Assembly (NCBI GenBank): GCA_965261595.1
Contig: CBDHDG010000003.1
Coordinates: 224,001-288,000, forward strand
Direction: 5' to 3'
DNA from: a bacterium
Lineage (GTDB): Bacteria; UBA8248; JACPRG01; G963555815
DNA: 64,000 nucleotides
Part shown: piece by piece, positions 47,753 through 58,271 of the stretch
Layout of the letters: each line of letters starts with the position of its first letter
Position numbering within the stretch: position 1 is the stretch's first letter
Made by a program: the position numbers and the translations under genes
The notes under the pieces: model-generated
Databases searched by the model: none
Seen by the model: only the letters and a program-made list of their open reading frames with translations
Told to the model about the DNA's origin: nothing

Positions 47753-50065
47753 ATGACGACCAACGGCGGGAACGGCCACGTGGGGCGCTCGGTCCTCCGC
47801 ATCGACGGGGCCGGCAAGACCACGGGCGAGACGCGCTTCTTCTCCGACCTCTATCCCGAGGACGTCCTGTGGGTGCAAACCAAGCGGTCCGAGCCGGGTC
47901 CGTCCGGCGCCGTGCACGCTCGCATCCGGTCCATCGACACTTCCCGGGCCGAGCGGGCCCCGGGCGTGATCCGAGTCATTACGGCCAAGGACATACCCGG
48001 CGAGAACCGGTTCGGGGTGTTCGTCTCGGACCAGCCCGTCCTTTGCGATGAGAAGGTCCGCTTCCACGGGGACGCCATCGCCCTGGTCGTCGCCGAGACC
48101 AAGGAGGAGGCGGCGGCGGCCGTGGATCTGATCGACGTCGCCTATGACCCGCTCCCCGCGGTGACGGACCCGGACGAAGCCATGAAGGACGGGGCGGTCC
48201 CCATCGCCGATGAGGGGAACATCTTCAAGGAGTTCCACCTCAGGCACGGCGACGTGGAGGGGGGGTTCGCCGACGCGGACGTGGTCATCGAGAATACCTT
48301 CGACACACCCCGCCAGACCGCGGCCTTCATCGAGCCCGAGTCCGGCGTGGCCCGCATGGACGGGGACGTGCTGGTCATCCAGACCGGGGCGCAGAACCCC
48401 TTCCGCGACCGCAGGGATCTCGCCCGTTCGCTGGACCTTCCCCTGGAGTGCATCCGCATCCAGGCCTCCCCCTTGGGAGGCGGCTTCGGAGCCAAGGACG
48501 GCATCACCGTGCAGATCCATCTCGGACTGGCCGCCATGCTGACCGGAAGGCCGGTCCGGCTGTTCTGGGAGCGCGAGGAGTCCACCCTGGCCGGGTGGAA
48601 GCGGCACCCCTTCCGCATCACGCTGAAAACCGGCGCCAAGCGGGACGGGACCCTGGTGGCGCACGCGGCCCGCGTGGTGGGGGACACCGGGGCCTACATC
48701 GGCTACGGCCCGGCCGTGGTGTGCGTGGCGGTGGAATCGGTGAGCGGCCCGTACCGGATCCCCAACGTCCGGGTGGACGGCTACTGCGTCCTCACCAACA
48801 ACACGCCGGCCGGTGCGATCCGCGGGTTCGGGGCGGTGCAAGCCTGTCTGGCCATGGAGTGCCAGATGGACGCCCTGGCGGAGGCCCTGTCGATGGACCC
48901 GCTGGCGCTTCGCAAGCGCAACGCCATCCGGGCGGGGGAAACCGCTCCCCTGGGCAACGTCCTGCAATGTTCCGTCCACTACGAGGAGACCCTTGCCGCC
49001 ATCGAGTCGTCCGGGGCCTGGCGGACCCAGGAGAACTGGAAGCGGGACGCCCCGCGCCCCTGGATCAAGCGGGGCGTCGGGATTGCGTCCGGGGTGAAGG
49101 GCGTAGGCATGGGGCAGTTCCCGGACGAGGGGTCCGTGCGGATGGAGATCACCGCCGAAGGAAAATTCGTTCTGGGCGTGGGGTTGAGCGAGATGGGAGA
49201 GGGGATCACGACGGCCTTCGTTCAGATGGCGGCCGAGGCCATGCACTGCACCCCCGACGACATCGAGCTCCTGTCGGTGGACACGGACCATGTCCCTGAA
49301 AGCGGCGGAACGGATGCTTCACGCTCCACGATGATCGGAGGGAACGCCATCCTGCGGGCCGCTCCGCTGATGGAGGCCCTGTTGAAGAAAGAGGCGGCGG
49401 GCAAACTCGAAGTGGACGAAGAGGACCTGGAGCTGCGCGACGGCGCCGTCCGGTCCCGCTCGGCGCCGGGTCGCTCGGTGGGCTACGCCGAGATCGGCAG
49501 GTCGATCCGGGACCGGGGCGAACCCGGCCGGGTGGAGGCGCGCTACGAATGGCCTCGGGATCAGGACCCCATCCCGGGCGCCGATGAGCTCCCCCATCTC
49601 TTTTACGCCTTCGCGACCCACCTGGCCCGGGTCGAGGTGGACACCCTCACCGGCCGCGTGCGCCTTCTGGGCCTGGTGACCGCCCAGGACGTGGGGCGGG
49701 TGATCAACCCCCAGGGGCTGGAGGGGCAGAGCGAGGGGGGGTCCCTGTACAGCGCCGGCATGGGAATGTGGGAGGACACCCTCCTCACCGAGGCAGGGGT
49801 CATGCTGACGCCCAACTTCACCACCTACCTGATCGGCACCGCCGCCGACGCCCCAGAGATCGAAACGCTTCCCATCGACGGCTACGAGCCCCTCGGCCCA
49901 TTCGGCGCGAAGGGGGCCGGGGAGATCGTGACCCTGCCCGCGGCGGCGGCCGTGGTCAACGCCATCCGCGACGCCACCGGCGTCCGAATCCATCGCACCC
50001 CCGCCACGCCCGAGCGGGTGTTCCGGGCCCTTCGGGAGAAAGCGGAGAAGGCCGGAGCCCCATGA
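47753..50065 (+). CDS. Xanthine dehydrogenase family molybdopterin-binding subunit
   Basis: GGGFGAK, AIRGFG, EMGEG, DASRST, GAKGAGE. Confidence 0.93.
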   Translation: MTTNGGNGHVGRSVLRIDGAGKTTGETRFFSDLYPEDVLWVQTKRSEPGPSGAVHARIRSIDTSRAERAPGVIRVITAKDIPGENRFGVFVSDQPVLCDEKVRFHGDAIALVVAETKEEAAAAVDLIDVAYDPLPAVTDPDEAMKDGAVPIADEGNIFKEFHLRHGDVEGGFADADVVIENTFDTPRQTAAFIEPESGVARMDGDVLVIQTGAQNPFRDRRDLARSLDLPLECIRIQASPLGGGFGAKDGITVQIHLGLAAMLTGRPVRLFWEREESTLAGWKRHPFRITLKTGAKRDGTLVAHAARVVGDTGAYIGYGPAVVCVAVESVSGPYRIPNVRVDGYCVLTNNTPAGAIRGFGAVQACLAMECQMDALAEALSMDPLALRKRNAIRAGETAPLGNVLQCSVHYEETLAAIESSGAWRTQENWKRDAPRPWIKRGVGIASGVKGVGMGQFPDEGSVRMEITAEGKFVLGVGLSEMGEGITTAFVQMAAEAMHCTPDDIELLSVDTDHVPESGGTDASRSTMIGGNAILRAAPLMEALLKKEAAGKLEVDEEDLELRDGAVRSRSAPGRSVGYAEIGRSIRDRGEPGRVEARYEWPRDQDPIPGADELPHLFYAFATHLARVEVDTLTGRVRLLGLVTAQDVGRVINPQGLEGQSEGGSLYSAGMGMWEDTLLTEAGVMLTPNFTTYLIGTAADAPEIETLPIDGYEPLGPFGAKGAGEIVTLPAAAAVVNAIRDATGVRIHRTPATPERVFRALREKAEKAGAP

Positions 50066-50238
50066 CCCGCACACCCATCCGGAACGCCACTGCGATGGTT
50101 GACCTCGACCGGGAGCGGGGCTGGTTCCCGGGCGGTTATCTCGTCGTCGAGGACGGGGTCCGGCTGACCTGCGACCCCTCGGAGGTCCTTCCGAGACACC
50201 GCAAGCGGGCCCAAGAGCCGCAGGGCGTCGATTTCTGA
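50062..50238 (+). pseudogene. Collapsed amidohydrolase remnant (N-terminus joined to C-terminus)
   Basis: IRNATAMVDLDRERGWFPGGYLVVEDG resembles deaminase N-termini (compare 9681); VVEDGVRLTCD..EV resembles their C-termini; ATGA-coupled to the Mo subunit. Confidence 0.5.
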
Positions 50239-50265
50239 GGAAATCGCGACGAAGAAGGAGGCGAG

Positions 50266-51143
50266 GTGACACGGGAATTCCAGGACCGATTCGTAACCGT
50301 CAACGGTCTGGCGCTTCACTATCTGGACTGGGGCGCCGGACCGGAGACGTCCGACCGGCGGCCCATGGTCCTCGTCCACGGCGTGACGGACAACTGCCGG
50401 CTCTGGGATCACATCGCCCGATCCTTCCGCCGGGAGTATCACGTCCTCGCCCTCGATCAGCGCGGACACGGCGACAGCGAATGGTCCCCGGAGAAGGCCT
50501 ACACGAGCCTCGACCTGGCTTCGGACCTGTCGGCCTTCTTTACGGAGCTGGGCCTTCGCGACGCCGTTCTCATCGGGCTGTCGTGGGGCGGGCTTGTGGC
50601 GCTGATCCACACGGCCGAACACCCGGAGACGGTTCACAAACTGGTCCTGGTGGACATCGGCTGCGAGTTCGACGAATCCGAGACCGCCGTCCCCGACCGC
50701 CCCCTGGAGTTTCCGAACGATAAGGCGCTGGAGGGCTACGAGCGCTCGGCCAGTCCGTTCCCCGCGCTCTGGACCCTGCGGCCCCGGATGCGCGCCAGCG
50801 TCCGGGAGCAGGACGGCTCCCCGCGCTCTGGACCCTGCGGCCCCGGATGCGCGCCAGCGTCCGGGAGCAGGACGGCGGCCTCGTCCGAAAACACGATCCC
50901 TTCTTCGCGAGGCGCTGGCCTTTCCGGGCGATGAGTTACTGGGATTACGCCCGGCGCGTCGCCTGCCCCGGCCTCTTGTTGCGGGGGACCGAGAGCTTCG
51001 TCCTGTCGGCCGGGCTGGCGAAGAGGACATCCGAGGCCCTGCCGGACGGCCGGTGGGTCGAGATCCCCGACGCCGCCCACTTGATTCCCCTGGACAATCC
51101 GCCGGCCTTCGAGGCCGCCGTCCGGACATTCCTTGCGGATTAA
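50266..51143 (+). pseudogene. Alpha/beta hydrolase frameshifted by a 59-bp tandem duplication
   Basis: VHG, DQRGHGDS, GLSWGG; the C-terminus (DAAHLIPLDNP) is in another frame after the repeat. Confidence 0.85.
50759..50876 (+). repeat. Perfect 2 x 59-bp tandem duplication
   Basis: TCCCCGCGCTCTGGACCCTGCGG...GAGCAGGACGGC at 50759-50817 and 50818-50876. Confidence 0.95.
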
Positions 51144-51184
51144 AAATCGCCCCGGCTGCGCGGCGGAAAGGAGTGGGAAGGAAA

Positions 51185-51931
51185 ATGCGGTTGGAAGGAA
51201 AGGTCGTCATCGTAACGGGCGCGGCTCGAAACATCGGGAAGGTCTACGTCCTCGGCCTCGCCCGCGAAGGGGCCCGGGTCGTGGCGGCCGACGTCCTCGA
51301 CTGTTCCGACACGGCGGCGGAGATCGAGGCGGGCGGCGCGGAGGTCTTGGCCGTCCGGACGGACGTATCCGACGAGGCCGCCACCCGCCGTTTGGCCGAA
51401 TCGGCCCACGAGCGATTCGGGCGCATCGACGGTCTCGTCAACAACGCCGCCATCTTCCACGACATCGTCCTGAAGCCCTTCCATGAGATCACGGGAGAGG
51501 AATGGGACCGCCTGATGGCCGTCAACCTCAAAAGGATTTTTCATTGCAGCAAGGCGGTCTTCCCCTACATGAAGGACCGCGGGTGCGGACGCATCGTCAA
51601 CAATGCGTCCAACACCATATACAAGGGCACCGAAGGATTCCTCCACTACGTCACCTCGAAGGCCGGCGTCCTGGGTTTCACGCGCGCCCTCGCCCGGGAG
51701 TGCGGCTGGCACGGGATCAACGTCAACGCCGTCGCCCCCGACTACATCCCCCACGAGCGGGACGACCGCGAGCGGCCCGACCATGACCTCATGATCCGGA
51801 ATCAGCGGATCCTCCAGCGTCGGGAAGTCCCCGAGGACATCCTGGGGACCCTTGTCTTCCTGCTCTCGGCGGACGCCGATTTCATCACCGGACAGACGAT
51901 CCTCGTGAACGGCGGGATCGTCATGCAGTGA
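51185..51931 (+). CDS. SDR family oxidoreductase
   Basis: TGAARNIG, NNAA, YVTSK, FITGQTILVNGG; paralogous to 6708-7466. Confidence 0.9.
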   Translation: MRLEGKVVIVTGAARNIGKVYVLGLAREGARVVAADVLDCSDTAAEIEAGGAEVLAVRTDVSDEAATRRLAESAHERFGRIDGLVNNAAIFHDIVLKPFHEITGEEWDRLMAVNLKRIFHCSKAVFPYMKDRGCGRIVNNASNTIYKGTEGFLHYVTSKAGVLGFTRALARECGWHGINVNAVAPDYIPHERDDRERPDHDLMIRNQRILQRREVPEDILGTLVFLLSADADFITGQTILVNGGIVMQ

Positions 51932-51947
51932 CCCGGAGCCCGGCCCT

Positions 51948-52622
51948 TCAGGGAACCGAAAAACCGGCCCCCCTCAGAAATTCACGGATCTTCGCAGCCG
52001 GGATGAAAGACGCCCTCTTCCCGTTCGAGGAAAGGATGCCGAGGAGGGTCCGATCCCCCGGATCCAGGACCGCCCAAGCGCTGGAAACGGGACAGCCTTC
52101 GCAGGGGATCAGCTCCTGAAGGCCGGAAATCCGTCCCCCCGCGTGAAGCGGCCGGAGGTCCGGGACACTATGGTCGGGGGCGATCATGTGCTTCATCACC
52201 TTCGGCGGAGAGCCCGCCAAAACGACCGCCGCTCCGTTCCGGGGAAGTCTCCCGCCCAGGCGATAGACCGGCCCGGGAAAGGGCGCCGTCAGGGCCACCA
52301 GCCCCGTTTCCGGGTCCCGTCGGATGACCTTCGCGTCCCACTGGGAGACGCTGAGCGGGTCCACGACCACCAGGCTGATCGGCTCAGCCGGCAGGTTCCG
52401 CAGGGCGTCCTCGGTGGTGATAAAGACCCCCTTCGGGTCCACGCGCAAGACGGGCGTGTAGTGGAGCTCGACGTAGACGCGCCGGACGACCGGAAACAGG
52501 AGGCTCACCAGGGGGGTGGGCGTTCCCGGATAGCGCGGGATTCCAGCCCGGACGGGGACAGCCTGCGGCCAGGACCAGAAAAGAGACAGACCCACGAGAA
52601 CAAGAGAGACCCTCCGCCGCAT
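51948..52622 (-). CDS. Hypothetical exported protein, degenerate trypsin-like fold possible
   Basis: Signal-peptide-like start; VDPKGVFIT, AKVIRRDPETGLVAL, LLGI...FIPAAKI resemble S1 proteases but no catalytic H, D or S is evident. Confidence 0.45.
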   Translation of the reverse strand: MRRRVSLVLVGLSLFWSWPQAVPVRAGIPRYPGTPTPLVSLLFPVVRRVYVELHYTPVLRVDPKGVFITTEDALRNLPAEPISLVVVDPLSVSQWDAKVIRRDPETGLVALTAPFPGPVYRLGGRLPRNGAAVVLAGSPPKVMKHMIAPDHSVPDLRPLHAGGRISGLQELIPCEGCPVSSAWAVLDPGDRTLLGILSSNGKRASFIPAAKIREFLRGAGFSVP

Positions 52623-53003
52623 CTCGACCAACGGAATTTCCCCTCCGAGTCGTCCGGAAGAAACGTCATACGGGCCGGCCCCGTCGTTTCGGAGCCACCC
52701 TCTTATCTTACAATGGCGGCCGAGGGTCTTTGCCACGGCCCGGGCGTCGGCCTCCGCGTATTCCAAGTGCGGGATTTTTGAAGAGCGGCAGCGGTCGATT
52801 CCCACCACCCGCCTCTCGCTAACCGACCCCCGCCTTCGCCGGCATTTCCTGAAGCATCCGCACCGAGGCGAGGGCGTGCCTGTGTAGTCATTGGTGAAAT
52901 AAGCTATATAACATCCGGCTTGCGCTGAAGCGGGCCCTGAAAGACCGGTGCCCGGCGAAGCAGGTCTTCCGTGCGGTCCATCACGAGCCGGTCCACGTTT
53001 CGG

Positions 53004-53228
53004 TCACTCCAAGATCACAATCTCCTCTATCTCCACAAGGGCGTCAGGGTCCGCCAGGCGAGACACCCCGACCGTGGTGCTGGGGATGGGCTCCGAGACG
53101 AAGTATTCCTGCCTGACCTCCCCGACGGCGGCCAACTGGTTATCGATGTCCGTCAGGTAGACGTTGATCTTCACCACGTTGTCGAAGCCGGCCCCGACCG
53201 CCTCAAGACACTCCTTGATGTTGTCAAA
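53004..53228 (-). pseudogene. RidA family C-terminal fragment (5' truncated)
   Basis: NIKECLEAVGAGFDNVVKINVYLTD...PSTTVGVSRLADPDALVEIE. Confidence 0.8.
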
Positions 53229-53427
53229 TCCTGACGGGTCTGAGCCAGGATATCTCCCGTCCCAACGAGGTTCCCCTGGGCGTCCCGGCCGGCCACGCCC
53301 GGTCGAGGGTCCTGGACTCGGTGCGAAGGGATATCCGCGCGGCTGTGGCGAAGGTGATCGATGGGGAACAGGGGTGGGGGGAGGGGGGCTGAATGGCTGC
53401 CGTTGAGGGCGACGAGGGCCACCGGGA

Positions 53428-53622
53428 ATGACCAACCTTCCCCCCGGCCTTCTTGACGAGCTCGCGGGTGTTCTTGCGGACGCCCTCATTGCCGATCTGG
53501 AGGAGCATCCGGCCCTTGAAGAAAATTCACCGCTCTCCGGGCAGGATGAATTACAATCGGACGAGGGGCCGGAAAGCGGAAGGCTGCAATTGGTCTCGAA
53601 CCAGGACGGAGGGAACGTATGA
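53428..53622 (+). CDS. Small hypothetical protein coupled to the recombinase
   Basis: ATGA overlap with the recombinase start; acidic helical LAGVLADALIADLE. Confidence 0.45.
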   Translation: MTNLPPGLLDELAGVLADALIADLEEHPALEENSPLSGQDELQSDEGPESGRLQLVSNQDGGNV

Positions 53623-55349
53623 AGGTCGCGATTTACGCCCGCAAATCGACGGAACAAACCGGGGCAGGAGAGGAACAAAAATCCGTTGCCCGGCAGATTC
53701 AGCACTCCCGAGAATATGCGGCGGGCAAGGGATGGACAGTCCTTGATGAGTGCGTCTTTTCGGACGATGGAATCAGCGGGGCCGAATTCCAGAAGCGGCC
53801 CGGTTTCCTCCGTCTGATGAACAGCTTGAAGCCACGGCCCCCGTTCCAAGTTCTCGTAATGTCGGAGGAATCGAGGTTGGGGCGCGAGGCCATCGAGACC
53901 GGGTACGTATTGAAGCAAATCCTTGACGCGGGAGTGCGCGTTTTTCACTACCTGGAGAACCGGGAACGCACGCTCGATTCGGCCATGGATAAGGTGATGC
54001 TCAGTCTTGTGAATTTCGCCTCCGAGATGGAAAGAGAACGGGCCAAGACCCGGACCCATGACGCGCTCCTTGACAGGGCGAAAAGGGGATACGTCACCGG
54101 GGGGACGGTGTACGGATACTCGAATCGGGAAATCCTCACGACTGAGACGGCGACGGACGGAAGCAGGGAAAGAAGCCATGTTTTGCGGGAGATTCATTCC
54201 GAACAGGCAGACACCGTGCGCCGGATATTTGGACTTTACGTTGACGGTCTGGGGTTCAAGCGAATCGCAAAACGCCTCAACGACGACGGAATCCAACCCC
54301 CCGGAAAGCGGTCCACCACATGGGCACCCTCCGCAATCCGGGAAATCCTTTTGCGCCCCCCTATACCGGGGTGAAATCGTCTGGAACAAGACGCAGAGAA
54401 TCGACCGTGCGGGGACCAAGGCGCAAAGAACCCGGCCCGAAAGCGAGTGGGTGAGGTTCACCAGGGCGGAACTTCGAATCCTACCCGATGCCCTTTGGGA
54501 ACGCGCCCAGGAGGTTCTTGAGCAGGCCCGCAAGACCCATTACGGAAAAGAAACGTCGCCAGGCGGAAGGGCTTTCCGGGCTTCCCGCCATCACCACGGG
54601 TCGCCCTACCTGTTGACGGGATTCGCCAAATGCACGGAATGCGGAAGCTCGATCATCTCCGTCTCCCGGAGCCACGGCAAGCAACGCGCCCACTTTTACG
54701 GGTGCAGTTATTACCATACCCGAGGGACACCAGCTTGCACGAACGCCGTTCAAATGCGCCAGGAGATCGTAAACCCCGCCATCATCGAGGCCATAAGCGC
54801 ACCGCTCAGCCCGGAGATCATTGAGGTATCCATTCAACGGGCGATAGAGAAAATCCGGGATAGTCAATCAGGCCAGAACGTAGACGCAAAGGCCCTGGAA
54901 AAGCGAATCGCAGAAAGCGAGGCCCGGGAAAGGAATCTCATCGAAGCCGTGAAGCAAGGCGAGGCCCCCCAGGCCCTTTTGCGGCCCTCAGAGACGAAGA
55001 GGCCACAAGGGGAAGCCTACAAGCCGAACTGGACCGGCTGGCAAGCCTTCGCCAGTCCTCATCCCTTGACCTGAAGCGTATCGAAAAGATCATCAGAAGG
55101 CGGGTCGAGGATGTCCAAGGAGTGCTCGGACGGCATATCCCCGAATCCAGGCGTATCATGAAAACCCTACTCGTCGGACGAATGGAATTCACGCCTATCA
55201 TTGAAGCGTATACAAGGGGTTACGCATTCAAAGGCAGGGCTTCGCTTGGCGGCTTGTTGGCGGGAACCGCCCATACCAAAGAGGTTGGTAGCCCCAACGG
55301 GAATCGAACCCGTGTTTCTGCCTTGAGAGGGCAGCGTCCTAACCGCTAG
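53619..55349 (+). pseudogene. Large serine recombinase (resolvase, recombinase and Zn-ribbon domains) with two frameshifts; 3' end overlaps tRNA-Glu
   Basis: YARKST, DDGISGA, SRLGR, LLTGFAKCTECG, YGC...C; +1 shift in poly-C near 54356-54361 and -1 shift near 54980. Confidence 0.88.
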
Positions 55350-55360
55350 ACGATGGGGCC
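55286..55360 (-). tRNA. tRNA-Glu (CTC)
   Basis: GGCCCCATCGTCTAGCGGTTAGGAC...CTCTCAA loop...GGTTCGATTCCC...CCA. Confidence 0.96.
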
Positions 55361-55384
55361 GCGGCGGAGGGGTAGGATTAATTC

Positions 55385-55458
55385 TGGCTGGGGAGCAAGG
55401 ATTCGAACCTTGGTTTTCTGATCCAGAGTCAGACGTCTTGCCGCTGGACCACTCCCCA
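55385..55458 (-). tRNA. tRNA-Gln (CTG)
   Basis: TGGGGAGTGGTCCAGCGG...CTCTGGA loop...GGTTCGAATCCT...CCA. Confidence 0.96.
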
Positions 55459-55539
55459 GCCGAAAATGCCCATTAAATGTAACGTTCCCGGCCGGGCCGG
55501 TCAACAATTCTTTCGGAAAAAGAGGCCAGTTTCCTCTTG

Positions 55540-56961
55540 TCAATCTTCCGCTTGGAGGGCGTGCGCGACGGCGCGATCCAGGCGGGCGAGGGTTTCGTCT
55601 TTCCCCAGGATCGCCAGCACTTCCGTGATGGGGGGGCTGACGATCACGCCCGTCGCGGCGACGCGGGCGGGTTGGGCGACGGCGACGAGCTTGACCCCCT
55701 CCGCCTCGACGATCCCTTGAAGCACGCCGTGGATGGCCGCCTCTTCGAAGTCAGGCAGCTCGGCGAGGAGGGAACGAAGTCTCCCGAGCCGCTCCCCGCT
55801 TTCGGCCGTCAGAAACTTGCGCGCGGCCTTTTCGTCGTACTCGAAATCGGATCGGTAGAAATACCGCGCCGATCGGGCCAGCTCCTTCAATGTCCGAGAG
55901 CGTTCCTGAAGGCTGCGGATGATTTGATGAAGGCGGGCGTCACCCTCCGGGTCCCGGGGGAACGCGACGCCCACCTCTTCAAGATAGGGCGCCAGGAGGG
56001 GGGCCAGTCCGGCCGGGTCCATTTGGTTAATGTGCCGGGAGTTCACCCAGAGGAGCTTGTCCAGATCGAAGATGGCCGAGGAAGTCCCGATGGGCCCCAG
56101 ATCGAAGAGCCGGATGATCTCCTCGCGGGAGAAGATCTCCTGGTCGCCGTGGGACCATCCCAGGCGGACGAGGTAGTTGATCAGGGCTTCCGGGAGAAAT
56201 CCGTCGCGCGGGTACTCCTGGACCGACGTCGCCCCGTGGCGCTTGCTGAGGCGCTTTTTGTCCGGCCCCAGGATCAGCGGGACGTGGGCGAACTCGGGCA
56301 GCGCAAGGCCGAGCCCATTGTAGATCATGGCCTGCCGGGGGGTGTTGGCCAGGTGGTCGTCCCCCCGGATGACGTGGGAGATCCGCATGTCCACGTCATC
56401 GACGACGACGACGAAGTTGTACGTCGGCGTCCCGTCGCTGCGGACGATGATCATGTCGTCGAGCTGGGCGTTCTCAAACGTCACGTCTCCGCGCAAGAGG
56501 TCGCGGATGACGGTCTGCCCTTCCTCGGGAGCGGCGAAGCGAAGGACATGGGGAAGGTCCGGTTCGTCCGTCCGGCGGCGGCACCGGCGGTCGTAGCGCG
56601 GGGGTTTCTTCTCGGCCCGGGCCCGCTCTCGCATCTCCTCCAGCTCTTCGGGGGTGCAGTAGCACCGGTAGGCCTTGCCCTCGGCCAGGAGCCGCTCGGC
56701 GTTTTCCGTATAGATGGCCTGGCGCTCAGATTGGCGGTGCGGCCCTTCGTCCCAGTCCACGCCGAGCCAGCCGAGGCCGTCCAGGATCTGGCCGATCGAC
56801 GCCTCGGTGGACCGCTCCCGGTCGGTGTCCTCGATGCGCAGGATGAACGTTCCGCCGTGACGCCGGGCGAAAAACCAATTGAACAACGCCGTGCGGACCC
56901 CGCCGATGTGGAGGAACCCCGTCGGGCTGGGGGCGAAGCGGACGCGGATCTCAGTGCTCAC
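55540..56961 (-). CDS. gltX: Glutamate--tRNA ligase
   Basis: RFAPSPTGFLHIGG, LRIEDTD, HVIRGDDH, RLSKRHG. Confidence 0.97.
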   Translation of the reverse strand: MSTEIRVRFAPSPTGFLHIGGVRTALFNWFFARRHGGTFILRIEDTDRERSTEASIGQILDGLGWLGVDWDEGPHRQSERQAIYTENAERLLAEGKAYRCYCTPEELEEMRERARAEKKPPRYDRRCRRRTDEPDLPHVLRFAAPEEGQTVIRDLLRGDVTFENAQLDDMIIVRSDGTPTYNFVVVVDDVDMRISHVIRGDDHLANTPRQAMIYNGLGLALPEFAHVPLILGPDKKRLSKRHGATSVQEYPRDGFLPEALINYLVRLGWSHGDQEIFSREEIIRLFDLGPIGTSSAIFDLDKLLWVNSRHINQMDPAGLAPLLAPYLEEVGVAFPRDPEGDARLHQIIRSLQERSRTLKELARSARYFYRSDFEYDEKAARKFLTAESGERLGRLRSLLAELPDFEEAAIHGVLQGIVEAEGVKLVAVAQPARVAATGVIVSPPITEVLAILGKDETLARLDRAVAHALQAED

Positions 56962-57090
56962 TGGGGACTCGTCTCCTTACAGGGAAATTTCATTTTTGCT
57001 CCGCGGGAAATGGCCGTTCTTTTTTCGGCGAAAGATTTCTCGCGCCGCATGTTTCCTTCGCCGGCGCGAGATCCCCCTCAATGTGTCGCC

Positions 57091-57975
57091 CTACAACAAG
57101 AACGTCAAGACGGCCGGCGTCGTCACCAGACTGAAGAGCGTCGAGATCCACACCGTCGACGCCACGAGCTCGGGGTTTCTGTCGAATTTCTGGGCGAAAA
57201 TGAAGTTGATGACGGCGGAGGGCATGCTGAAGGCCAGAATGAGGGCGCCCCGGGGCACGCCCTCGATCCCCAACAGGGCCGTGGCGGCCCATGCGAGAGA
57301 GAAGCCGCCCGCGATGCGGAGAAACGCCGCCGCCGAGGCGAGCCGGTAGGCGGTGAGCTCAACATGGACCAGCCGGTATCCGAGGGAGAAGAGCATAAAG
57401 CCGATGCCGGCGTTGCCCATGATCTCGATCGGACGAAAAATGTACACGGGGACCTCCCAACCCATCATCGAGACGACGATCCCGGCGATGGCGGTATAGG
57501 TCATCGGGAGCTTGAGGGCCTCGCGCGAGTTCTCCGACCCCCGGCTGATGATGGCGATGCCCAGGGTGTAGTGGGTCAACGCGTTGACCGAGAAGATGAT
57601 GACGGCGAGCGCCAGGCCCTCCTGTCCGAAGGCGAACAGGCACAGGGGCATGGACATGTTGCCCGCGTTGGGAAACATGATGGGCAGATACAGCCCCTTG
57701 ACGTCATCGCGAAAAAACCGCAGGAAAACCGCCGCCAGAACCCACATGCCCAGGATGATGACGAACCCCGCGAGGAAGATCAGGCCGAAGGTCTTCGGCG
57801 GGAGAACGCTTTTGGAGAGCGCCGCAAAGGCCAAGCATGGCGATCCGACGTAAACGACCACATCGGTCAGCGTGGTCAGGTCGATCTTCTTGAACCGGCC
57901 GAACAGCCACCCCAGGCCGAGGAGGAAAAACACCGGGAAGACGGTCGAGAACACTTTTGCGGCCAAGATGGACAT
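57091..57975 (-). CDS. AEC (auxin efflux carrier) family transporter
   Basis: FPNAGNMSMPL, MPSAV, STLFSLVT; multi-TM. Confidence 0.85.
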   Translation of the reverse strand: MSILAAKVFSTVFPVFFLLGLGWLFGRFKKIDLTTLTDVVVYVGSPCLAFAALSKSVLPPKTFGLIFLAGFVIILGMWVLAAVFLRFFRDDVKGLYLPIMFPNAGNMSMPLCLFAFGQEGLALAVIIFSVNALTHYTLGIAIISRGSENSREALKLPMTYTAIAGIVVSMMGWEVPVYIFRPIEIMGNAGIGFMLFSLGYRLVHVELTAYRLASAAAFLRIAGGFSLAWAATALLGIEGVPRGALILAFSMPSAVINFIFAQKFDRNPELVASTVWISTLFSLVTTPAVLTFLL

Positions 57976-58271
57976 TCAGCGGCATCCCGCGCTTCGGGGT
58001 CGGTGGGAAATGGTGTAGATTGCCGGAGTCGATGGATTCGGCAAAGGACCGCGAAATCTTACCGCAGGAATTCCGCTCTGGCAAAAGCGGGGCGGATGTC
58101 GGTCCGGGTGTCGAGGAGCAAGCCTTCGGCGATTCGGGGGTAGGGGGAGGGGGGGAGAGACCCGGTGGGCGAGTTTATGGGGAAGGCCGTCGGCGGTGCG
58201 CGCGCCGAGACAGGGCGCGGCCGGTTCGTTTGTCACCCCGTTCAGGCCTCAATCCTCCCGAGGCTCTTCCC

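Noticed and set aside
47753..50065. Aerobic CO dehydrogenase (coxL)
   Set aside because: It lacks the AYxCSFR active-site loop (reads AYIGYGP); generic XDH family.
52920..53000. Hairpin-rich intergenic stretch as ncRNA or riboswitch
   Set aside because: No recognisable family consensus; an Rfam/Infernal search would be needed.
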